In this document: one piece after another, positions 16,844 through 24,000 of the stretch
Position numbering within the stretch: the stretch's first letter is position 1
How the letters are laid out: every line of letters starts with the position of its first letter
From: Litchfieldia suaedae
GTDB lineage: Bacteria > Bacillota > Bacilli > Bacillales > Bacillaceae_L
Direction of reading: 5' to 3'
Length of the DNA stretch: 24,000 bases
Assembly: GCA_014960805.1 (NCBI GenBank)
Contig: CP063163.1
Location: 1,233,584 to 1,257,583 of the forward strand
Notes under the pieces: generated by a model
What the model was told of the DNA's origin: nothing
What the model saw: only the letters and a program-made list of their open reading frames with translations
Databases searched by the model: none
Program-made: the position numbers and the translations under genes

Positions 16844-16967
16844 TTATTCGCTAGAATTCACGAGACTCCTGCGGGATATCCGGAGTGTCAAAGGGAGACC
16901 CCGCAGGCGCTTGCGCCGAGGAGGCTCCCGGGACCGCCCGCGAAAACGAGTGAATTCTAGCGAATAA
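16844..16967 (-). repeat. GC-rich hairpin-forming intergenic repeat element, copy B (inverted relative to copy A) with a perfect 18-bp terminal inverted repeat
   Basis: ttattcgctagaattcac (16844-16861) is the exact reverse complement of gtgaattctagcgaataa (16950-16967). The core 16862-16949 is 60/88 G+C by my count. There is an internal stem cctgcggg (16868-16875)/cccgcagg (16900-16907). The blocks shared with copy A are listed under that feature. Confidence 0.85.
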
Positions 16968-17035
16968 CAGCCGAAGTATATATTAGACACTATATGCTGA
17001 GTACCTTTTAAAGTAAGAAAAATATGCAAAGATGA

Positions 17036-17065
17036 TTGACAAAATGGAAATAAAAAACATATACT
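17036..17065 (+). promoter_or_regulatory. Sigma-A promoter candidate of the vmlR-like gene
   Basis: A perfect TTGACA (17036-17041), an 18-nt spacer, then TATACT (17060-17065). This predicts a leader of about 300 nt. Confidence 0.55.
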
Positions 17066-17302
17066 TTGTTTACTAATAGTTGAAGGGAATGGAAAAAAGG
17101 ACCGATGAAGTTATAATCTTATTTTCTTACTCATTTTTCAATTGAAGAAAAATTTGTAGCTTAGAGAATAGGATTAGTCTGTCTATTTTTACCATTTCAA
17201 TAAAACAAAGATACATGTGTAGGTGGGTTGAAACGTTAATGATTGCGTTTTACCTTAATTTCATGCTATCTATTTTTTGATATGTATAAAAATTGCCATG
17301 AC

Positions 17303-17340
17303 AGCCTCTCTAGGTTACTTCACTAGAGAGGCTTTTTCGT
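17303..17340 (+). terminator. Leader (attenuator) intrinsic terminator immediately upstream of the vmlR-like start codon
   Basis: agcctctctag (17303-17313) pairs perfectly with ctagagaggct (17323-17333) around a 9-nt loop, followed by ttttcgt. The SD AGAGGTG (17364-17370) and the ATG at 17377 follow. Confidence 0.7.
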
Positions 17341-17376
17341 GTCCTCTTTAGAAGACTTTAACTAGAGGTGTTATTT

Positions 17377-19065
17377 ATGACTGTTATGAAAATTAGAGAT
17401 ATAAAGAAAAGCTTTGGAGATAAAGTGATTTTAGAAAAAGTGAATGCAGATTTTAAAAAAGGAGACCGTATTGGGCTTGTAGGGAATAATGGAGCAGGGA
17501 AAACGACGTTAGCGAATATTATTTATGGAAAAATCCAACCGGATTCGGGGACGGTTAACATTAGTAAACAAGGCCTGAAAATGGGCTTTTTACTACAATC
17601 GACGGAATATACGGTAACTGATTTTAAAGAGGTAATGAATACAAGTCCAAAGAGAGATCTTCTCATGCACTCGAGCCAATTAGGATTGAAAAAACTCCAG
17701 GAATGGGATGGAGAGCGACTTCAGCATTTAAGTGGTGGTGAGAAGCTTAAACTATCTCTTGCTAGGATATGGGCAGCAAAACCAGATGTCCTTATTTTAG
17801 ATGAGCCAACAAATCATCTCGATTATCAGGGGGTGGAGTGGTTAGTTGGAGAAATAAAACAATTCGCAGGGACCGTTATTATTATTTCACATGATCGTTA
17901 TTTTCTAGATCAGACGGTGAGTCAGGTACTAGAATTAGACAATGGAAAAGCCACGGTTTATAAGGGTAACTACTCTGAGTATCGTGAAGAAAAAGAAAGA
18001 CGCTTTCTTGAACAAATGCACCATTATGAAGTACAACAAAAACGTAAGGAAAAGGTCGAGCAGCAAATCGAGAATCTTCAAAATTGGTCTGATAAAGCCC
18101 ACAAGCAATCGACAAAACAGGACGGTTACAAAGAGTATTACCGGATGAAGGCAAAGAAAATGGATGTCCAAGTAAAGTCGAAAAGGAAGAGGCTTGAAAA
18201 AGAGCTTGAGCAGAATAAAGTAGAGAGGCCAGTAGAAGAGAGTAAGGTACATTTTCAGTTTGGATCTAGTGGCAAACGTGGGAGTAGTATTATTGAAGCT
18301 CGTGGGATTTCGAAGTCCTTTGGAGAACGAGTGCTTTTTGATGATAGCCATTTTTATATAAAGCATGGTGAACGAATAGGGATTTTTGGAGAAAATGGCT
18401 GTGGGAAAACAACACTAATAAAAACTATACTAGACCAGATTGCTTTATCGAAGGGAGAATTGTGGAAAAGTGATTCATTGAAAATTGGCTATCTAAGTCA
18501 AGATGTAGATGAACTAGACACTCAGAAGACGGCTTTAGAAAGCTTGGGCATTTACGACCGAGATGAGATTAGTAGGGTTAGAACAATTTTTGCAAACATT
18601 GGGCTAAAAGAAGACAAAATCACGAAACCCATCTCAACTCTAAGCTTAGGAGAGCGAACAAGGGTAAAGCTTGTAGGTAGGCTCCTAAAGAATCTAGACT
18701 TACTAATTTTGGATGAGCCGACAAATCACTTGGACCTGGCAAGTCGCGAAAGCTTAGAAAAAACGCTAGAAGAGTTTGCTGGAACAATATTGGTGATTTC
18801 TCATGATGTGTATTTTACGAACAAGTTATGTGATAAATTGTTAGTCTTTGAAGAGAAGAAAATAAAGCGTTTGGAAAAAAGTCTAACAGAGTACTTGAAA
18901 AAGCAAGAGCCTATTAGTGAGAATAAAGAAGATTTATTAGTATTACAAAATAAAATAACTGCTCTACTAGGTGAAATCTCATTACTAACGAGAGAAGATC
19001 CAAAATACAGTGAGATAGATCAGAAGTTGACAGAACTAATGAAACGGAAGCGGGCTTTGGGATAA
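17377..19065 (+). CDS. vmlR: ARE-type ABC-F ribosomal protection ATPase, VmlR-like (predicted lincosamide/streptogramin A/pleuromutilin resistance)
   Basis: It has two canonical NBDs: [28 protein letters not shown] and [28 protein letters not shown]. The long basic inter-NBD linker WSDKAHKQSTKQDGYKEYYRMKAKKMDVQVKSKRKRLEKELE is near-identical in pattern to the B. subtilis VmlR ARD as I remember it. A C-terminal helical extension is present. The ATG at 17377 is preferred because the track's GTG at 17368 is inside the SD. Confidence 0.88.
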   Translation: MTVMKIRDIKKSFGDKVILEKVNADFKKGDRIGLVGNNGAGKTTLANIIYGKIQPDSGTVNISKQGLKMGFLLQSTEYTVTDFKEVMNTSPKRDLLMHSSQLGLKKLQEWDGERLQHLSGGEKLKLSLARIWAAKPDVLILDEPTNHLDYQGVEWLVGEIKQFAGTVIIISHDRYFLDQTVSQVLELDNGKATVYKGNYSEYREEKERRFLEQMHHYEVQQKRKEKVEQQIENLQNWSDKAHKQSTKQDGYKEYYRMKAKKMDVQVKSKRKRLEKELEQNKVERPVEESKVHFQFGSSGKRGSSIIEARGISKSFGERVLFDDSHFYIKHGERIGIFGENGCGKTTLIKTILDQIALSKGELWKSDSLKIGYLSQDVDELDTQKTALESLGIYDRDEISRVRTIFANIGLKEDKITKPISTLSLGERTRVKLVGRLLKNLDLLILDEPTNHLDLASRESLEKTLEEFAGTILVISHDVYFTNKLCDKLLVFEEKKIKRLEKSLTEYLKKQEPISENKEDLLVLQNKITALLGEISLLTREDPKYSEIDQKLTELMKRKRALG

Positions 19066-19077
19066 ATTGTGTCTTAA

Positions 19078-19136
19078 GGGGCCTGACCCCCGGCGCTTTA
19101 AAGCTTTAGCGTGCCGGGGGTCAGGCCCCACTTTTT
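19078..19136. terminator. Strong GC-rich bidirectional terminator between convergent genes
   Basis: ggggcctgacccccggc (19078-19094) pairs perfectly with gccgggggtcaggcccc (19113-19129), a 17-bp stem, followed by acttttt. Confidence 0.85.
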
Positions 19137-20514
19137 ATCTTTGTTGGTCATTTTTTACTTTGTTGTTTTTTTGAAGAACTTTTAGTCCTGTGTTCATGCA
19201 GGATGCTAGGATGTAGTTTCTATCAACAAATACTCCCCATACGTCTGCATTTTCAGGTACGTATTTTGCAATTTGAACAGGGTTGCTTGGATCTGTAATG
19301 TCGACGGCACGGATTCCCCCAATGTAGTGAGATAAGTAAAGTGTATTGCCATGTACTTTAGGGTCATGAACAGTGTTATCGAATGTATTGCCGTCTTCTA
19401 CATTATCAGTTAGTTCTGTTTTGAACTCACTTAATAGTTTTGGTTGTGTAGGGCCTTTAATATCAAAAATACGTGTGTATCCATAAGATTCTTCATAGCC
19501 TTTTCTAACCGGGTAAGCTACCTCGCGGGTCTCAATTAAAACATTTCCACCTTTGGCAAGGGCAGCAGAGTGGGCAGCGCCTTGTTGATTCGAAGCAAAA
19601 TCCGTTCTACCAAGATAAACTGGGTTTTCAGGGTCTTTAATATCAAAAATAATGGTTCCTAAATCCCAAAATGAAACTAGGGCAGTAGTTCCGTTTGTAT
19701 CCGTCATTGTACTGTGGTTAAAGGCAGCTCTCACTTTTCCATCTGGGGCATGCCAGTGATAACCATTAAAGTCCTCGGGAACTTCTGGTAGACTTCTAGG
19801 ATCAAATTGGTAGATTGTAGTAGGTTCTGCTGGGTTCGTTACATCTACAATTTGAAAGTCTTTTGATTCTCCATGCGTATAGTAGTCAGCATATGGGTTA
19901 GCTGCTAACACTAAAGTACGGTCTCCTTGAGTTGTTAAATATAATTCATGAGTACCTGTAACACGTTGGTCTAATCCCCAGAAGCCTAGTTTTTTAGGAT
20001 TATAAGGATCAGTTACATCATAAAGTAGGAAGCCACCCTGTTCACTAGATGAACGTTTTAGTTTTTGTACACTGACAACAGCTAGGTCTCCACTGAACTC
20101 AGGTGTAGATACTGTTTTTACAATGACTTTTTCCTGCCAAGTTCCAGGTATATCTGTTGCAAATTGCGAAACTTCTTTTGGATTTGAAGGGTCTTTAAGA
20201 TCAAATACTCGAACCCCACCATTTCCTCCATTTCGCGTATGTGTGCCAACATAAGCAAAGCCTTTATGAGAGTATACATCTGCTGCATTATTTTTAACTC
20301 CGTTGATCTCTTTAAGTTCACTTGCAGCAACTTCTCTTAGATTACTGAGATTCTTTGAGCCTTCTAGAACAGGGACATTAATGGATGTAGAAGGTGTTCC
20401 GTCTCCCTTGTCGATACCGATTCCTCCTAATTCATCATGACCAAATCCTACTGGAGCAAATGCCGAAAATACAAGAGCACCTGCCATGACTGTGGTTATA
20501 AGTTTCTTTTTCAA
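19135..20514 (-). CDS. Secreted LVIVD-repeat beta-propeller protein
   Basis: The TTG start lies 6 nt after AAGGAGGAA. There is a signal peptide (MKKKLITTVMAGALVFSAFA). Six spaced repeats follow: VRVFDLKDPSNP, FLLYDVTDPYNP, FQIVDVTNPAEP, IIFDIKDPENP, TRIFDIKGPTQP, IRAVDITDPSNP. This is the LVIVD repeat signature. Confidence 0.85.
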   Translation of the reverse strand: MKKKLITTVMAGALVFSAFAPVGFGHDELGGIGIDKGDGTPSTSINVPVLEGSKNLSNLREVAASELKEINGVKNNAADVYSHKGFAYVGTHTRNGGNGGVRVFDLKDPSNPKEVSQFATDIPGTWQEKVIVKTVSTPEFSGDLAVVSVQKLKRSSSEQGGFLLYDVTDPYNPKKLGFWGLDQRVTGTHELYLTTQGDRTLVLAANPYADYYTHGESKDFQIVDVTNPAEPTTIYQFDPRSLPEVPEDFNGYHWHAPDGKVRAAFNHSTMTDTNGTTALVSFWDLGTIIFDIKDPENPVYLGRTDFASNQQGAAHSAALAKGGNVLIETREVAYPVRKGYEESYGYTRIFDIKGPTQPKLLSEFKTELTDNVEDGNTFDNTVHDPKVHGNTLYLSHYIGGIRAVDITDPSNPVQIAKYVPENADVWGVFVDRNYILASCMNTGLKVLQKNNKVKNDQQR

Positions 20515-20938
20515 ATTAAATTCCTCCTTGGTATGTAATTTGGTGGAAAAGTTTGGAAAGTTTCTTAAGTTGTATGATTAATATAGCAAACGATTTTTTA
20601 TAGTAGAATAAAAACATTTTGATATATTACGACAATCGAAGGAATGATGAGTGACTCGTTGAAGTATTGTTGTGAAAGGGTATTTGCGTGGTGAATTAGA
20701 ACTAATTGTAGTAAGTAATCCCTAGTTGGATTACTTTGTTAAGATAGTAAAAAACGTAGTTTTTAATCCGATGGTAATACTTTTTAATAAGTCTTTTGAT
20801 AGAGGAAGCTTTACATGATTGAATTTGATTTGTTCTGGTTAATTAGAAGGAGAGGAATAGGCCTAAATGTGGGAGTAACCGTAGTGTAGTAAAGTTCACT
20901 TACTAAGTATTAGTATAGAAGTTTTAGCTAATAGGACA

Positions 20939-20965
20939 TAAAAAAAGATGGTAGTACACCATCTT
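20939..20965 (-). terminator. Intrinsic terminator of the 75-aa gene
   Basis: aagatggt (20945-20952) pairs with accatctt (20958-20965). The A-run on the plus strand gives a U-tract on the minus transcript. Confidence 0.65.
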
Positions 20966-21191
20966 ATTCCCGAACATTGTCGAAATCATTTTTTAAAGAG
21001 GCTTGTGTTTTCTCAAGTTCAGCGATTCTACTTTTAATTGCTTGTCTAACTTCGTACGGATAATCGTTTGTAAATTCGGTATGCAAAACATCAAGGTGTT
21101 TTTGCAATGTTTGAAAAAGGTTCTTTTTACTGTTATTTACATCAATAAAAGGAATAACTTCACATGCTTCTGGCTGCTGATTGTTTTCCAT
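20964..21191 (-). CDS. Small hypothetical cytoplasmic protein (75 aa), divergent from the two-component operon
   Basis: ORF-track ORF with SD GGAG 8 nt upstream and its own terminator. It is helical and charged. No family recognised. Confidence 0.6.
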   Translation of the reverse strand: MENNQQPEACEVIPFIDVNNSKKNLFQTLQKHLDVLHTEFTNDYPYEVRQAIKSRIAELEKTQASLKNDFDNVRE

Positions 21192-21332
21192 AATGAATGC
21201 TCCTTTATTTCATTTAGTCCTAGTTTTAACTGTGAAATGATTAATTAATCCTAGCTTTTTAAAAATTTCCAACTTTTAGTGTGAAATGAATTATAATTAA
21301 GTGGAAAATATTGATAACGAATAGGTGAAGTT

Positions 21333-22028
21333 ATGGAGAGAGTGTTATTAGTTGAAGACGAGGCTTCTATACGTAGGTTTGTAGCCATTAATTTAGAGAG
21401 GAATCAATTTGAGGTGATTGAAGCTTCAAACGGAGCTGATGCAAGGTTAGCCTTGGCAGGAGATGCGATTGACTTTGTGATATTGGATTTAATGTTACCT
21501 GATATAGACGGTTTTGTATTGTGTGAGGAAATACGAAAGTCGCATCCAAGTATTCCAATTATTATTTTATCTGCAAGAGGTGAAGACCTAGATCGAGTAA
21601 TGGGTTTAGAATTAGGTGCGGATGATTATATGGTTAAGCCTTTTAATCCATTAGAATTAATTGCAAGAATAAGGTCTGTTTTGCGAAGAACAAAGGTTCA
21701 AGTCAGCGAAGTAATTGACCATAAAATCATTTCAGGACCGTTCCAGCTAGATTCTCTATCAAAGCAAATCATAAAGTCAGGACAATTGCTAAAGTTAACT
21801 TTACGTGAGTTTCAAATCATGGAATATTTTATAACAAATAAAAATGTTTCCACTAGTCGCCATGATCTATTAGATGCAATATGGGGGAAAGATTATTTCG
21901 GGGATATTAAGACAGTAGATGTACATATTCGTAGATTACGAGAAAAGATTGAAGATGATCCTTCAAATCCAACTTATATTGAAACAGTTTGGGGCCATGG
22001 CTATCGTTTTTTTGAGGAGAATCTATGA
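21333..22028 (+). CDS. OmpR-family response regulator
   Basis: The receiver domain has LLVEDE, ILDLMLPDIDG and MVKPF. The winged-helix domain has LTLREFQIMEYF, VDVHIRRLREKIE and ETVWGHGYRF. Confidence 0.95.
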   Translation: MERVLLVEDEASIRRFVAINLERNQFEVIEASNGADARLALAGDAIDFVILDLMLPDIDGFVLCEEIRKSHPSIPIIILSARGEDLDRVMGLELGADDYMVKPFNPLELIARIRSVLRRTKVQVSEVIDHKIISGPFQLDSLSKQIIKSGQLLKLTLREFQIMEYFITNKNVSTSRHDLLDAIWGKDYFGDIKTVDVHIRRLREKIEDDPSNPTYIETVWGHGYRFFEENL

Positions 22029-23404
22029 AAAAAGGGATCAAACGGAGACTTGTTCTAAGTTATTTTTTAATGATATTTCTAACGGTTGTTTTATTTGAAG
22101 TAATCCTATTATTCTCAATCCGTTACTATTACTACAATACAATTGAGGACCATCTTACGAATCATGCAACGATATTCTCTTCTTTTTACAAAGAGTATCT
22201 TGACGACAATTCACTTGAGGAGAATTCACAATTCATCATAGATGAATACACTTCCTATGCACCAGCCCAAATCCAAATTATTAATATGGAAGGGCGATTG
22301 TTGGCCGACTCGCTAGGAAGCTCCCCTACTCAGATGAAAACGTTTGAAGATGTTAGAAGAGCTCTTAATGGAAATGTAGCCCAATATAGTGGAACACTTA
22401 ATGATTTGAAAGAAGAGGTCATGGCCGTTTCGTATCCACTGATGGCACACGATGAACAGGTTGGAGTCGTAAGGTTCATCTCTTCTCTAGTCCCGGTTAA
22501 ACAAGTTTTCCATAAGGTGATTTTGTATTTGCTACTCATTGGTACAATTGTATTATTCGTCGTTACACTTCTAAGTTACTTTCTAGCAAACACAGTGACT
22601 AAACCTGTGAAGAAAATCACAGAAGCAGCCCAGCAAATGGCGAGTGGAAATATGACCGTACGGGCAGAAAAAATATATGATGATGAGCTAGGAAAACTAG
22701 CAGACACCATGAATTTTATGGCGAGTGAGTTAGAACAGTTAGAGCAAGTAAAGAAGGAATTCATTGCATCTGTTTCTCATGAACTTAGGACTCCTTTAAC
22801 ATCGATAAAGGGGTGGGGAATTACCCTTCATTCAATGTCCGAAGATGAGCACATGAAAGAAGGCCTTGAAATTATGATTAGTGAAAGTGAACGACTAAAT
22901 GGGCTTGTTAATGATTTACTGGATTTCTCGAGTCTATCTTCTGGAAAAGTTCAGTTTACCTTTGAAGAGATTCAAGTAGTAGATTTGCTAGAACAGGTTT
23001 ACCAACAAATGCTACCGCGTAGTAAAAGGCTATTTATTTCATTCACTATGAATACAGAAAATCCTGAGTGTATTTTAAAAGTAGACAAAAACCGGATAAA
23101 GCAAGTGCTTATTAATGTGTTAGATAACGCATATAAGTTTACACAACAACAAGGTGAGATTAAGATTCACTCCTATAAGAGTGGAGAGAATTATGTCATT
23201 GAGGTGGAAGACACGGGGCATGGAATTGAAGCAGAGGATCTTGCAAAAATTACAAATAAGTTTTATAAAGGCAAATCAAAAGCCGGGGGCAGTGGTTTGG
23301 GACTTTCCATTTGTAAAGAAATTGTTTCACAACACAATGGAAGTTTAACGATTACAAGTGAAAAGGGAAAAGGAACGACTGTCAAAATTCAACTCCCACT
23401 GTAA
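22025..23404 (+). CDS. Sensor histidine kinase (2 TM, extracytoplasmic domain of about 125 aa, HAMP, HisKA, HATPase_c)
   Basis: There is a 4-nt ATGA overlap with the response regulator gene. The H-box is SHELRTPLTSI, the N-box VLDNAYKFT, G1 DTGHGI and G2 GSGLGLSI. Confidence 0.95.
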   Translation: MKKGIKRRLVLSYFLMIFLTVVLFEVILLFSIRYYYYNTIEDHLTNHATIFSSFYKEYLDDNSLEENSQFIIDEYTSYAPAQIQIINMEGRLLADSLGSSPTQMKTFEDVRRALNGNVAQYSGTLNDLKEEVMAVSYPLMAHDEQVGVVRFISSLVPVKQVFHKVILYLLLIGTIVLFVVTLLSYFLANTVTKPVKKITEAAQQMASGNMTVRAEKIYDDELGKLADTMNFMASELEQLEQVKKEFIASVSHELRTPLTSIKGWGITLHSMSEDEHMKEGLEIMISESERLNGLVNDLLDFSSLSSGKVQFTFEEIQVVDLLEQVYQQMLPRSKRLFISFTMNTENPECILKVDKNRIKQVLINVLDNAYKFTQQQGEIKIHSYKSGENYVIEVEDTGHGIEAEDLAKITNKFYKGKSKAGGSGLGLSICKEIVSQHNGSLTITSEKGKGTTVKIQLPL

Positions 23405-23501
23405 CCTATCTGTAACCATTTTTAACTTTTTCATAACGATTAATGTTCCAAAAAGCTTTATTGTAAGGTTATAAAGAATTATTGGAGCTGGAGGAACAAA
23501 A

Positions 23502-24000
23502 ATGAAACTGAGAAATAGTTTAACTAGTTTGTTCGTTACAAGTCTACTGTTGGTTGGTGGGTGCAGTGTTTTACCTGAACCAGGAAGTCTGATTCAACCA
23601 CCTAAGCCACCAAATGCCACTTTTACCGAGCAAGGTGAAGAAAAGGATGCAATTGTACAATCATTTCTACCACCAGGAGCAAGTCTCATTACTCCATCTC
23701 AACCTACAGGGGCATCAGCGATTCAATCCATTGATATTAATTTTGACGGTACCGATGAAATGGTTGTTTCATATAAACAAAAAGGAACTCCTGGAGAAGT
23801 GGGGGTTATCCTGTTAAAAAAGAAGGATAAAGATTGGGAGATTCATTGGCGAGCGGAAGGGTTAGGTTATGATATTAGTTATGCAAGTGTTGCAGACCTT
23901 ACAGGCGATGCGATGCCAGAGATTCTACTTGGCTGGACGATTGGTGCTTCTGCAGGAAATAATCTAGATATCTATCAATGGAAGGAAAACAAGGTAGAAA
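23502..24000 (+). CDS. Partial CDS (runs off the right edge): lipoprotein with FG-GAP/VCBS-like Asp-rich loops
   Basis: GGAGGA lies 6 nt before the ATG at 23502. There is a signal peptide with a lipobox (LLLVGG-C). The frame is open to 24000. The loops DINFDGTDEMVV and ADLTGDAMPEILLG resemble FG-GAP calcium-binding turns. It is not in the ORF track, which lists only an out-of-frame ORF at 23614-23817. Confidence 0.7.
   Translation, partial: MKLRNSLTSLFVTSLLLVGGCSVLPEPGSLIQPPKPPNATFTEQGEEKDAIVQSFLPPGASLITPSQPTGASAIQSIDINFDGTDEMVVSYKQKGTPGEVGVILLKKKDKDWEIHWRAEGLGYDISYASVADLTGDAMPEILLGWTIGASAGNNLDIYQWKENKVE

Noticed and set aside
16844-17029. 61-aa minus-strand ORF (…FRGRSREPPRRKRLRGLP…)
   Set aside because: Same reasoning: it is a read-through of repeat copy B, including its inverted termini. 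It has no SD.
17882-18366. Antisense ORFs inside the vmlR-like gene (similar shadow ORFs at 2462-2800, 5726-5959, 7843-8028, 8630-8833, 13328-13516, 13768-13980, 14456-14650, 15494-15703, 20118-20330, 22330-22764 and 23154-23348)
   Set aside because: They lie wholly within well-supported genes, either on the opposite strand or out of frame. They are low-complexity, have no SD, and arise from AT-rich codon usage.
19078-19129. GC-rich 17-bp hairpin as a third copy of the repeat family
   Set aside because: It shares none of the conserved blocks (gagcctcctcggc, cccgcaggagtc). It sits exactly between two convergent stop codons with a T-run, so it is an ordinary but strong terminator.

Overview
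AT-rich chromosomal window from a spore-forming Bacillaceae-type Firmicute. This is inferred from an alpha/beta-type SASP, a LysM + SleB/CwlJ-family hydrolase, and B. subtilis 'yk-region'-like genes (ykpA-type ABC-F, ktrC-type K+ uptake gating subunit). I support about 27 protein genes. They cover housekeeping and accessory metabolism (SDR, nucleoside hydrolase, Gfo/Idh/MocA oxidoreductase, two GNATs, rpiA), transport and ion homeostasis (KtrC, CNNM/CorC-type), a COG0523 GTPase and two ABC-F ATPases, one of them a VmlR-like antibiotic-resistance ABC-F behind a roughly 300-nt attenuator leader. There is also a secreted LVIVD-repeat propeller protein, an OmpR/HK two-component pair and a partial lipoprotein. 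I found no tRNA, rRNA, CRISPR, transposase, integrase or phage gene, and no convincing novel multi-gene system (defence, biosynthetic or mobile). Six things are worth a second look. (1) Two copies, in opposite orientation, of a roughly 125-150 bp GC-rich hairpin-forming intergenic repeat (8247-8396 and 16844-16967), which the ORF track translates into spurious proteins. (2) A partial minus-strand gene at the left edge, missing from the ORF track, that encodes a Pro/Gly/Met/Thr-rich protein built from near-identical 36-nt tandem units. (3) The VmlR-like leader/terminator. (4) A degenerate second ATP site in the YkpA-type ABC-F. (5) A sigma-G-type promoter in front of an unannotated 46-codon hydrophilic ORF. 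(6) A truncated DUF3231-like gene remnant. All family assignments rest on motif reading and memory; no database search was run.
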